A stretch of DNA of 45,071 nucleotides. It comes from an uncultured Bacilli bacterium (lineage in GTDB: Bacteria; Bacillota_I; Bacilli_A; RFN20; CAG-826). The stretch spans positions 1 to 45,071 of the forward strand of contig CALVUG010000005.1 in the NCBI GenBank assembly GCA_944363535.1, in the 5' to 3' direction. This document shows, piece by piece, positions 36,060 to 45,071 of this stretch; the first letter of the stretch is position 1, and the number at the start of each line of letters is the position of its first letter. A program made the position numbers and the translations under genes. The notes under the pieces were generated by a model. That model ran no database searches. It saw only the letters and a list, made by a program, of their open reading frames with translations, and was not told the DNA's origin.

Positions 36060-37625
36060 CTATTTGGCAGTTTCTACCGCACGATATTCACGGATGACAC
36101 TCACCTTAATTTGACCAGGATAAGTCATCTCATTTTCGATACGTTCACGTATATCTTGGGCTAATTTATAAGCTTGTAAGTCATCAATTTTTTCTGGGAC
36201 GACCATCACTCTTACTTCACGACCAGATTGCATCGCATAAGATTGATAGACACCATCGTAAGATTTACAAATTTCTTCGAGTTGTTCGATACGTTTGACG
36301 TAATTTTCTAAAATTTCACTACGCGCACCTGGACGAGCCGCACTTAACGTATCCGCAGCTTGGGTTAAAACAGCATAGACGGATTTAGGTTCGACGTCTC
36401 CATGGTGCGATTCGATAGCGTTGATGACGACATCTGGTTCACCGTATTTTTTAGCAAGTCTAACACCTACTTCGACGTGCGATCCTTCTAATTCGAAATC
36501 CGCGGACTTACCGATATCGTGTAATAAGCCACATCTTCGAGCGATATTAGGATCTAAACCTAATTCAGAAGCCATCATACCGCAAAGATAAGCCACTTCC
36601 ATCGAATGTTGATAAGCATTTTGACCATAAGAAGTACGGAATTTCATACGGCCGACGTATTCAAGTAATTCTTTGTTGATACGCGGTAAACCTAATTTGA
36701 AGGCAGCTTCTTGACCAGCTTCACGCGTCAAAGTTTGAATTTCATTTTTAACTTTTTCGACAACTTCTTCGATACGACCAGGTTGAATTCTTCCATCTTG
36801 AATTAGATATTCAAGCGAGCGACGAGCGATCTCTCTTCTGATCGGATCAAAACAAGAGACGGTAATAACTTCAGGTGTATCATCGATAATTAAATCGACG
36901 CCGAGAAGTTGTTCTAAGGAACGAATGTTACGGCCTTCACGACCGATGATACGACCTTTCATCTCATCGTTTGGAAGTGAGACGACTGAGACAGTCTTTT
37001 CTGTCGTCACTTCTTGGGCGTATTTATTCATCGCTTCAGCGAGAAGTTCACGTGCCTTATTATCCGCTTCTTCCTTCGCTTCATCTTCGCGGTTTTTAAT
37101 GTAAGCGGTCATCTCTTTAGAAACTTTGGATTCCACGCGTTTAAATAATTCATCGCGCGCTTCTTGTAAAGACATCTGAGCGACTTTTTCAAGTTCACTG
37201 ATGATGGAATCGATCTTTTCTTGTAAAGTAGCTTCTTTCTTATCGATTTCTTTGTTGCGACGAGCAATTTGTTCATTTTTCTCTTCTAAGACGTTTTCTT
37301 TTTGTAAGAGAGCTTGGTCGCGTCGATCGATACTTTGCTCACGTGAGAATAACTTATCTTCCTGCGATTGTAATTCTCTTTTCTTTTCGCGAATTTCTTT
37401 TTCCGCTTCTTGTTTCATTTCATAAACTGTTTGTTTACCATCAATTTGGGCATTCTTGACGATGTGATCAGCCTTTACTTCCGCATCCTTTATAATACGC
37501 GCAGCTTGTTTATTCGCTTTTTTCTTTTTAAGAATTGGCAAAAATAAAGTCGCTAGGATGTAACCGACGAGGGCGAGAAATAAAACGACACTAATCACGA
37601 GTAATGTGATTTCTAAATTTGTCAT
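36060..37625 (-). CDS. rny: Ribonuclease Y
   Basis: N-terminal TM, coiled coil, KH ([13 protein letters not shown]), HD domain (LLHDIGK), SAARPGAR. Confidence 0.97.
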   Translation of the reverse strand: MTNLEITLLVISVVLFLALVGYILATLFLPILKKKKANKQAARIIKDAEVKADHIVKNAQIDGKQTVYEMKQEAEKEIREKKRELQSQEDKLFSREQSIDRRDQALLQKENVLEEKNEQIARRNKEIDKKEATLQEKIDSIISELEKVAQMSLQEARDELFKRVESKVSKEMTAYIKNREDEAKEEADNKARELLAEAMNKYAQEVTTEKTVSVVSLPNDEMKGRIIGREGRNIRSLEQLLGVDLIIDDTPEVITVSCFDPIRREIARRSLEYLIQDGRIQPGRIEEVVEKVKNEIQTLTREAGQEAAFKLGLPRINKELLEYVGRMKFRTSYGQNAYQHSMEVAYLCGMMASELGLDPNIARRCGLLHDIGKSADFELEGSHVEVGVRLAKKYGEPDVVINAIESHHGDVEPKSVYAVLTQAADTLSAARPGARSEILENYVKRIEQLEEICKSYDGVYQSYAMQSGREVRVMVVPEKIDDLQAYKLAQDIRERIENEMTYPGQIKVSVIREYRAVETAK

Positions 37626-37873
37626 ATGTTCTCCTTTATCTACTTTGTAGATATTACAAAGATTACCTATAATATTACCAAGATAAAAAATTTCTAACTA
37701 GGCAAAGATGTAGATGTAAATTGGATTGCTCCACTTGATTCTTTTAAAGTGTTTGAGAATCTATAGGTAAGTAGCGTTAAGTTTTTTGCTACGTTTAAAT
37801 TATATTACAAAATCAAATAAAAGATATAACTACTTTTTTGCTTAAAATAAAATTTATTTATAAAATAGTAGAC

Positions 37874-38227
37874 ATGAATTTCACTTTGAAAAGATTAATC
37901 TCATCGATCATTTCCTTCTTCGTCGCTCTAGGAGTAGGAATTGCTATCTTTTTCATCGTTAGAGCGTTCCAAGATGAAAATTATGTTTTAGAAACGCCAA
38001 CGCAATTAAGTTATGACTTAGAAAGTCAAACCCTCACTTGGTTAGAAGTTGAACACGCTGACGCCTACATCGTAAAGATCGATGAATCAATCACCGAACA
38101 AGTTAATGAAAATTATCTACATTACGAAATAGAAAAAACGACCGCTTTCGTCGTCCAGGCCATCGACACATCAAATACCTATGAGCCGAGTGCTAATTCG
38201 GTCGCTTTAATCGTGACAATCAATTAA
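37874..38227 (+). CDS. Membrane-anchored hypothetical protein with a small beta-sandwich (FN3-like) domain
   Basis: N-terminal TM, LETPTQL...LTWLEVEHADAYIVKI...VVQAI pattern. Start at ATG 37874 after TTGCTT-17-TAAAAT. Confidence 0.65.
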   Translation: MNFTLKRLISSIISFFVALGVGIAIFFIVRAFQDENYVLETPTQLSYDLESQTLTWLEVEHADAYIVKIDESITEQVNENYLHYEIEKTTAFVVQAIDTSNTYEPSANSVALIVTIN

Positions 38228-39432
38228 ATTTCTTCAACTTTTCTTAAAGAAGAAGTAATAGTAAGAACCTGATTTCTAGCTTCTTCTTTATCTAACTTCT
38301 TAGAAAGATAAGAATGAATAATATGCGCAACTAAACGCGCTTGACTTACATTTAATCCTCTCGTCGTAAGAGCGGCAAAACCGATACGTAAACCAGAAGT
38401 GACAGTTGGTTTTTCATCGTCGAATGGAAGCATATTTTTATTGACCGTGATACCAATTTCAGACAATAAATTTTCAGCTTCTTTACCCGTGATTTGATAG
38501 GATTTTTTCGTATTGAGTAAGAATAGATGCGTCTCGGTACCAGAGACTTCCGCTCCAAGTTTTAATAGTTCATCATGACAAGCTTTCGTGTTAAGTAAAA
38601 TATTACTTGCGTATGCTTGAAAAGCCTCTGAACTTGCTTCTTCAAAGCACATCGCCTTTGCAGCGATGATATGTTCAAGCGGTCCGCCTTGGACGCCAGG
38701 AAAACAAGCTTTATTAACTTTTTTAATAATTTCTTCACTATTAGTAAGAATGATTCCGCCTCTTGGTCCACGCAAAGTTTTATGCGTCGTCGAAGTCGCA
38801 ACATCGACGTAACTTAAAGGATTAGGAATAGCTTTACCAGCGATGAGTCCAGCGATATGAGCGATGTCCGCCATAAGGTAAGCACCTACTTCATCTGCGA
38901 TAGCACGTAATCTTTTAAAATCGATGATGAAAGGATAAGCGCTGAAACCAGCTAGTAAAATCTTCGGCTTAATTTCGCGTGCCATCTTCAAAATTAAATC
39001 GTAATCGAGACGACCATCCGCGCCTAGCGTATAATGATGTACTTCGTAAAGTTTAGATGAAAAATTGACTGGTGAACCATGTGATAAATGACCGCCTTGG
39101 TCGAGCGATAAAGATAAAATTTTATCGTGTTCATTTAAAAGTGCCATATAGGTAATCATGTTCGCTTGCGAACCTGAATGAGGTTGAACATTCGCAAACT
39201 TCACACCGAATAGATGAGTGACTCGAGCAATCGCTAATTCTTCGACGCTATCGACGTTTTCGCATCCCCCATAATAACGGCGGTGAGGATAACCTTCCGC
39301 ATATTTATTAGTGAAGATGCTACCAGCGAATAATCTGACATTTTTAGAAGCAAAATTTTCGCTTGCAATGAGGTTTAATTCTTCGTTTTGTCTTTTTGTT
39401 TCTAATTCTAATAATTCAAATAATTTATCCAT
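38224..39432 (-). CDS. glyA: Serine hydroxymethyltransferase
   Basis: LIASEN, NKYAEGYP, NVQPHSGSQAN, GGHLSHG, TSTTHKTLRGPRGG. Confidence 0.97.
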   Translation of the reverse strand: MDKLFELLELETKRQNEELNLIASENFASKNVRLFAGSIFTNKYAEGYPHRRYYGGCENVDSVEELAIARVTHLFGVKFANVQPHSGSQANMITYMALLNEHDKILSLSLDQGGHLSHGSPVNFSSKLYEVHHYTLGADGRLDYDLILKMAREIKPKILLAGFSAYPFIIDFKRLRAIADEVGAYLMADIAHIAGLIAGKAIPNPLSYVDVATSTTHKTLRGPRGGIILTNSEEIIKKVNKACFPGVQGGPLEHIIAAKAMCFEEASSEAFQAYASNILLNTKACHDELLKLGAEVSGTETHLFLLNTKKSYQITGKEAENLLSEIGITVNKNMLPFDDEKPTVTSGLRIGFAALTTRGLNVSQARLVAHIIHSYLSKKLDKEEARNQVLTITSSLRKVEEI

Positions 39433-39439
39433 ATATATG

Positions 39440-40441
39440 TTACGCTACGACGCCATCTTTGATGCGTCCTAATAATTCTTCTTCTAAATCTTTATTTTGA
39501 CGAATGTATTCTTTTAAAGTTTCTCTTCCTTGTCCTAATCGACGATCATTATATTCGTACCAAGAACCAGATTTTTTGATGATGCCCATATCGACCGCCA
39601 CATCAAGAATTTCACCTTCTTTAGAAATACCTTTGCCATAGATGATATCAATCTTACAAGTCTTAAATGGCGGAGCGACTTTATTTTTGACGACCTTGAC
39701 AGTGCAAATATTACCGATGATATTTGCCCCTTCTTTGATAGCTTCGCTACGACGAATATCAATTCTCACACTCGCATAGAATTTTAAAGCACGACCGCCA
39801 GAAGTCGTTTCAGGATTACCATACATCACCCCAACTTTTTCTCTTAGTTGGTTGATGAAGATAACTGTGCAATTAGATTTATTTAAGATACCCGCTAATT
39901 TTCTCATCGCCTTAGACATAAGACGCGCTTGTGAACCTACTAAAGAATCTGACATGACGCCATCTAGTTCAGCCTGCGGCACTAAAGCAGCGACGCTATC
40001 GACGATGATGATATCTAATGCTTTCGAACTGACGAGCATATCGACGATATCTAAAGCTTGTTCACCACTGTCAGGTTGAGCCAAAATTAAATCGTCAATG
40101 TTCACTCCTAAATTATGAGCGTATTCAGGATCGATGCTATGCTCCGCATCGATGAAAGCAGCCTTTCCACCTTTCTTTTGGGCTTCCGCAATCGCGTGCA
40201 ACGCTAAAGTAGTCTTACCACTCGATTCAGGACCAAATATTTCGATGATTCTTCCGCGCGGATAACCACCTACGCCTAACGCGGCATCCATTAATAAAGA
40301 ACCAGATGATATCACATCCGTCTCCACGTCTGGGCGATCGCCTAATTTCATGATGGAACCTTTTCCAAAGGTTTTTTCGATTTGTTTTAGCGTCTCTTCT
40401 AAAACTTTGTCTTTGTTATTGCTCATTTCTTCTTTGGCCAT
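39440..40441 (-). CDS. recA: Recombinase A
   Basis: [40 protein letters not shown]. Confidence 0.98.
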   Translation of the reverse strand: MAKEEMSNNKDKVLEETLKQIEKTFGKGSIMKLGDRPDVETDVISSGSLLMDAALGVGGYPRGRIIEIFGPESSGKTTLALHAIAEAQKKGGKAAFIDAEHSIDPEYAHNLGVNIDDLILAQPDSGEQALDIVDMLVSSKALDIIIVDSVAALVPQAELDGVMSDSLVGSQARLMSKAMRKLAGILNKSNCTVIFINQLREKVGVMYGNPETTSGGRALKFYASVRIDIRRSEAIKEGANIIGNICTVKVVKNKVAPPFKTCKIDIIYGKGISKEGEILDVAVDMGIIKKSGSWYEYNDRRLGQGRETLKEYIRQNKDLEEELLGRIKDGVVA

Positions 40442-40476
40442 AATTTTTACCTCTCACTATATTAATACACGCTTTT

Positions 40477-40950
40477 TTAGTAGATGCTGCGTAAAAAATG
40501 ATCCAATTTTTCAAAAGCGAGACTAATCGATTTATTTCTTACTTCTTCTCTAGAACCATGTAGATGCATCTCATAAATTCTCGTCGATCTTTCGGAATCG
40601 ATGCACATATAACATAATCCAACCGTCTTATCTTCTTCCGCACCTGGACCCGCATTACCAGTGAAAGAAATACCGATGTCCGCGTTTAGTTTAAGACGCG
40701 CGCCACGCGCCATTTCAAAAGCACATTCTTTCGATATGACACCGAAATCTAAAATAGTTTTTAAACTTACTCCTAATAGTTTAGCTTTACTTGCGGGAGT
40801 ATACGTAACTACCGCCCCATTGAAGACCATCGAAGCACCTGGCACATCGGTGATAGATTTAGCAAATAAGCCACCCGTATAAGATTCCCCGCTAGCGATC
40901 GTGCGGTGACGGTCTTTTAATAATAAGACGATATCCTTGCTAGTTACCAT
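40477..40950 (-). CDS. cinA: CinA C-terminal domain (PncC, NMN amidohydrolase)
   Basis: ESYTGG, VPGAS, VVTY...K, ISFTGNAGP; between pgsA and recA. Confidence 0.88.
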   Translation of the reverse strand: MVTSKDIVLLLKDRHRTIASGESYTGGLFAKSITDVPGASMVFNGAVVTYTPASKAKLLGVSLKTILDFGVISKECAFEMARGARLKLNADIGISFTGNAGPGAEEDKTVGLCYMCIDSERSTRIYEMHLHGSREEVRNKSISLAFEKLDHFLRSIY

Positions 40951-41582
40951 TAGTCATTCTCCTTTAACACTTGTCGGTTTTTATAGATGTATAAGGCACC
41001 GCCTACGACTGACGTAATAGCGGTTAGATAAGCTAAGACATTGACGATAATTTGTGTGATGAATGGATCACCGATATAGAAGAAAGGGAAGCCATTTAAT
41101 AAAACGATAGAAATAGTTAACATCTCTAAAACAGTCTTAATCTTTCCTAACATACCTGCTGCGATGACGACATTTTTTCTAGCGGCGATGATGCGAAAAC
41201 CATCGACGACGATATCTCTTAAAATTAAAATTATCGTGGCAAATACCGGTAAAACGATATTTTGTGACGTAGCAAAAGTCGAAGGAAGCACTAAGAAGAT
41301 GAGCATGACATTGATGAGCATCTTATCCGCAATTGGATCTAAGAACTTTCCAAGATTTGTCACTTGATGTAACTTTCTTGCGAGATATCCATCGAGCCAA
41401 TCCGTCATCGAAGCGAGGACAAAAATGATGAATAAGCATAAGTAGATGACATCAATTTGGCTATTGATAGAAGGACCCTTATAACCGAAGTACGCTCCAG
41501 CAATATAAAGCCCTGCTAAAGTAAGAATTAAAAAGATGACACTTACGATACGAATGACAGTAATCTTAGTTGGAAGATTCAT
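40950..41582 (-). CDS. pgsA: CDP-diacylglycerol--glycerol-3-phosphate 3-phosphatidyltransferase
   Basis: MNLPTKIT..R, TDWLDGYLARK..QVTNLGKFLDPIADK, GKIKT. Start at ATG 41582 after GAAGGAG. Confidence 0.93.
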   Translation of the reverse strand: MNLPTKITVIRIVSVIFLILTLAGLYIAGAYFGYKGPSINSQIDVIYLCLFIIFVLASMTDWLDGYLARKLHQVTNLGKFLDPIADKMLINVMLIFLVLPSTFATSQNIVLPVFATIILILRDIVVDGFRIIAARKNVVIAAGMLGKIKTVLEMLTISIVLLNGFPFFYIGDPFITQIIVNVLAYLTAITSVVGGALYIYKNRQVLKEND

Positions 41583-41601
41583 ATTTCTCTCCTTCAATTA
41601 T

Positions 41602-41948
41602 GAGTATCGACCCTATAAGCCATGTTCTGTTATAGACGATTATTTGTCTACGCTTATGCGTGCTCTTAGCCATTCATTTCTAGCCTTGAACTTCCCCTAC
41701 CAAATTTGGGTTTCTCACTCACGGGGTTTACCAACGTTCCACTTTGCTATTTCTAACAAACTACGTCACTGTGGCACTTTATAGAACTTGACCATGACCG
41801 AAGTTTTAGGTTTCATTCTGCCGTTATGCACTCCTGCATACCTAGCGTTATTTTTTCCGCTAGCGTGAACACTACTAGCATCGCAGCTAGTGTGAGCATG
41901 GACTTTCCTCTAACTAACGAGTAGCCAGCAATCGTCCAGGTCGATGTA
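41602..41948 (-). ncRNA. rnpB: RNase P RNA, bacterial B type
   Basis: Minus strand GAGGAAAGTCCATGCTC, AAAGTGCCACAGTGACG, GGTAAACCCC, ACAGAACATGGCTTAT, P1 ATCGACCT/GGGTCGAT; follows gpsB as in Bacilli. Ends approximate. Confidence 0.93.
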
Positions 41949-41951
41949 TTT

Positions 41952-42305
41952 TTATTTTACTTTAGTGGGGTCCACTCCTGCAATGTATAGCGCTTTTTCT
42001 AAAGCGGAGATACGTTTGTAGAGTTCTAAATTATCGTATGACGCATTACTGTCATTAGCCTTAATTCCATCGAGTCTTTGCTTATACATCGCATTTTCGA
42101 TCGCTAATTTCTTATGACTTTCTTTTAGCTTCGCAAATTCTTTTTTCAAAGATTGATAATCTTTCATCATCTCTTCAAAAATTTCATAATCTTGGATGAC
42201 GACGTCAAGAAAGGCATCGACTTCACTCATCGCATAGCCCTTGACATTCGCATTAAATTCTTTCGCGAGTATTTTGTTGGAATTTAGTTTGACACTTTTA
42301 CTCAT
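41952..42305 (-). CDS. gpsB: GpsB/DivIVA-domain protein
   Basis: ILAKEF..NVKGY...EVDAFLDVVIQDY, coiled coil, C-terminal NLELYKRISALEK. Start likely ATG 42305. Confidence 0.82.
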   Translation of the reverse strand: MSKSVKLNSNKILAKEFNANVKGYAMSEVDAFLDVVIQDYEIFEEMMKDYQSLKKEFAKLKESHKKLAIENAMYKQRLDGIKANDSNASYDNLELYKRISALEKALYIAGVDPTKVK

Positions 42306-42437
42306 AAGCCCTACTTGCAATATCTTACTATGATTGAAGAAGATAAGCAATATTGCTTATAAGTAAATTGAAATTATTTTGCTTACTTTTGCACATTTGA
42401 GACTATTTTTACGTTCATCCTTGCTATAATTAATAAC

Positions 42438-43160
42438 GTGAGACAACTAAAGAAAATTTTAAAAGATATCAAATACATCATCTTCTTCGATTTGGAAAGT
42501 ACCCAAATTCATCATTACGTCATCTCCATCGGAGCGAGTAAAGTTGAAATTGATGAAAAAGGTAAAATTAAAAAAGAAATAAAAAATTTTTATACGCTTG
42601 TCAAACCTTTAGAAAGGGTAGGAAGAGTCGTAAAAGACCTCACGAAGTTAGACGAAAAAACTTTATATAAGAAAGGAATCGATTTTCCAAAAGCTATCGA
42701 TAAATTTTATGAACTATTTAAAACTTCGATTCATCGCACGATATTTTTCACTTATGGCAATAGTGATAAACATATGCTCATCAATACTTGTCAAGATGAT
42801 GTGACGAGAGAAAAAGTTCTTAAAATCATTAAAAGGACTTACGATTTTTCTTCGATCATTTCTACTTATATTAAAGACACAAATGGCAACATTTTATCCT
42901 TACAGAAATTAGTGAAATTATTCAATCTAGAAACTTCTATCGATGCTCATAATGCTTTAAGCGATGCTTTAGATTTAAAAAATATTTATCGCGCGTTCAT
43001 CGAAAATAAAGAACTTCTTTACGAAAATTATCGTAAGATTATCATGTCTTATGGAAATCTTCCTTATCCTCTTCAACAAGTATTAAATAAATTAAAGAAA
43101 AATGAAAGCGTCACACCTGAGATGTTAGATGCCTTCATTAGGAAAGAAATCGATGATTAA
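42438..43160 (+). CDS. DEDDh 3'-5' exonuclease (KapD/DnaQ-like)
   Basis: ExoI FFDLEST, ExoII YGNSD, ExoIII HNALSDA. Confidence 0.82.
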   Translation: MRQLKKILKDIKYIIFFDLESTQIHHYVISIGASKVEIDEKGKIKKEIKNFYTLVKPLERVGRVVKDLTKLDEKTLYKKGIDFPKAIDKFYELFKTSIHRTIFFTYGNSDKHMLINTCQDDVTREKVLKIIKRTYDFSSIISTYIKDTNGNILSLQKLVKLFNLETSIDAHNALSDALDLKNIYRAFIENKELLYENYRKIIMSYGNLPYPLQQVLNKLKKNESVTPEMLDAFIRKEIDD

Positions 43161-43740
43161 ATATCCGAACGGAACGAAGCAAATCGTGACGGCCCACGAA
43201 AAAAAGGAAAGAAAAATTAAGATCGCTTCCGCTAATCGAGGCATGGACTTCGAAGATGAAATCAATCAAACTTTAGCGTTCTATAAAGATGAAGATATTT
43301 GTCTCATGACTAAAAGACCTACACCAATCAATATCGTCAAAGTCGATTACTCGCATGGGGCAAAAATAATCGATGCTTATTTTGAAGCTCAATCCACTAC
43401 TGACTATAATGGAGTGTACAAAGGTCGCTACATCGACTTCGAAGCTAAATCAACACATTTGAATGCTTCGATTCCATTACACAATATTACCCCTCATCAA
43501 GTCGAACATTTGAAGATGGTAAAAAGGCAAGGCGGGGTCGCTTTCTTCCTCATTTCATTTATCAAACATGATGAGGTTTATCTTCTTGACGCAAGCGTTG
43601 TCATCACTTATTTTGACGAACAAAAAAGAAAATCTATTCCTTATGAAGTCGTAAAAAAAGAGGGTGTTTTAATTAAGAAAGATTACATCCCTCGCTTGCA
43701 TATCATCGAAGCTATCGAACAATGTTATTTTAAAAAATGA
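43153..43740 (+). CDS. recU: Holliday junction resolvase RecU
   Basis: IKYPNG, ANRGMDFE, KRPTPI, STTDYNGVYKGRYIDFEAKST, HQ. Start ATG 43153. Confidence 0.95.
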   Translation: MIKYPNGTKQIVTAHEKKERKIKIASANRGMDFEDEINQTLAFYKDEDICLMTKRPTPINIVKVDYSHGAKIIDAYFEAQSTTDYNGVYKGRYIDFEAKSTHLNASIPLHNITPHQVEHLKMVKRQGGVAFFLISFIKHDEVYLLDASVVITYFDEQKRKSIPYEVVKKEGVLIKKDYIPRLHIIEAIEQCYFKK

Positions 43741-44363
43741 CGGCAATAAGCCTTTAGTTTACATATTTCACAACGTGGAGAGATAGCTTTACAAATATTT
43801 CTTCCAAAACTGATCATCTGATGATGAAGTAATTTATAACGATAATCTTTAAAATATTTTTCTAACTTCAATTCGGATTTATAAGGATCATCTTTCTTAC
43901 TTCTTAAACCTAGGTTATAAGAAACACGATAAACGTGCGTATCGACTGGAAAAACTTGTGCATCAAATAGTTCGATTAAGATGACGTTTTTGGCTTTTAG
44001 CCCAATGCCAGGCAAAGATAATAAAAAGTTTTCATCATTTGGCACTTCTTTTAAATTTGATGATAAAAATTTATTAGCGATAGCGATGACGTTTTTGGCT
44101 TTTCTTTTCGCTAAGCCAAGCGGTTTTAAAATCGTCCTTACATCTTCGACACTAGCGTTCGCAAGAGCGACAATGCTTTGATATTTATCAAATAAAATTG
44201 CATCAACTTGATTGACTCTTCCATCTTTTGCCTGCGCGCTTAACATGACAGCGATGACTAATTGAAAGCCATTTTCATAATTTAAAGCGCACTTCGCTTT
44301 TGGATAAAGTTCGTTAAAATAATTGACGACAATTTGAGGATTTAATTTCGTTTTAATCATCAT
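43725..44363 (-). CDS. nth: Endonuclease III
   Basis: LVIAVMLSAQ, HhH LPGIGLK, VDTHV, C-x6-C-x2-C-x5-C Fe-S motif. Confidence 0.93.
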   Translation of the reverse strand: MMIKTKLNPQIVVNYFNELYPKAKCALNYENGFQLVIAVMLSAQAKDGRVNQVDAILFDKYQSIVALANASVEDVRTILKPLGLAKRKAKNVIAIANKFLSSNLKEVPNDENFLLSLPGIGLKAKNVILIELFDAQVFPVDTHVYRVSYNLGLRSKKDDPYKSELKLEKYFKDYRYKLLHHQMISFGRNICKAISPRCEICKLKAYCRHFLK

Positions 44364-45000
44364 CGAGCCATTTGGCTTTCGCAATTTTTATCGTCTCTTC
44401 AATATTTTTATCCCAATTATGGGAAATGGTTGTGTAACCTTCTTTATCGACGTCTTCTCTTGCGACCATGCTAAGTAATTTTTTATCCACGGCGTTAAAA
44501 GAACGTCTTTTAGAACTAGCCACTTCTTTTAAAGCTGTCAAAATCATCTCTTCGCTATAACCCATATCTAACCAATCGTAAATTTTTTGATATTCGATGG
44601 GCGATAAGGAACGTTGAAAATATTTTTCAAATTCAGCGTAAATATTATGCACTTTGTTCGCTACTTCTTCTTCGCTTTCTTCCGCGTTAGCCTTGGCGAG
44701 TGACTTTTGATATTGCTTCGTCAATAAATTTTCTAAAGGTGATAAAGAAACGCTCACCTTTTTAGATTTATCAACTTCGTAAGAAATAATTTTATTTTTT
44801 AATAACTTAGTGAGTATCTTATCGATTTCTTCTGCTTTTAATGACATACGAAGAGCGAGAAGTTCGGCATCGATGAAAGAATTACCTTCACTTAAAAGTT
44901 GATCGATGACTAAAAGCACCGCTAAGGTAGATTCATCAAAACCCATCTTCTTATAGTTTGCAATTAAGACGTAACGTAAATCGATACCACTGTTTTTCAT
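44353..45000 (-). CDS. dnaD: DnaD domain replication protein
   Basis: N-terminal wHTH-like region, FEKYFQRSLSPIEY..I.DW...ALKE DnaD C-domain; upstream of nth as in Bacilli. Confidence 0.82.
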   Translation of the reverse strand: MKNSGIDLRYVLIANYKKMGFDESTLAVLLVIDQLLSEGNSFIDAELLALRMSLKAEEIDKILTKLLKNKIISYEVDKSKKVSVSLSPLENLLTKQYQKSLAKANAEESEEEVANKVHNIYAEFEKYFQRSLSPIEYQKIYDWLDMGYSEEMILTALKEVASSKRRSFNAVDKKLLSMVAREDVDKEGYTTISHNWDKNIEETIKIAKAKWLDDD

Positions 45001-45071
45001 ACCTACAATTATCAAGTATTTTTTTCTTAAAGTCCACGACGAAAAAACTATATCATAGATAAAGTTTTAAA

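Noticed and set aside
41536-41784. 82-aa plus-strand ORF
   Set aside because: Antisense to rnpB and pgsA.

Overview
Low-GC (roughly one-third GC by eye) chromosomal segment from a reduced-genome Bacilli/Mollicutes-like bacterium that uses genetic code 11 (TGA ends the ABC-F gene). The taxon is an inference from gene content and synteny. About 42 kb is dense housekeeping DNA: degV, hpf, metK, pduL, M3 peptidase, ispD/ispF, pgi, ABC-F, add, nfu, cysQ, nrnA, rpoE, argS, ychF, two MacB-like ABC fusions, fhs, tcdA, miaA, miaB, rny, glyA, recA, cinA, pgsA, gpsB, recU, nth and dnaD. It also holds 8 tRNAs and a B-type RNase P RNA. The first ~3.1 kb, next to the 3' end of tRNA-Ser(GGA), is an accessory islet. 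It contains an AAA+/DUF4143-type ATPase preceded by degenerate 23-bp tandem repeats, followed by a stand-alone H...SGHYRP toxin-like gene coupled to an acidic immunity-like gene. Other highlights are a compact SAM-I-like riboswitch ahead of metK that appears to lack the kink-turn and P4, apparent loss of ponA and mutSL from conserved Bacilli neighbourhoods, and several candidate leaderless genes. All family calls come from motif recognition by eye; no database search was run.
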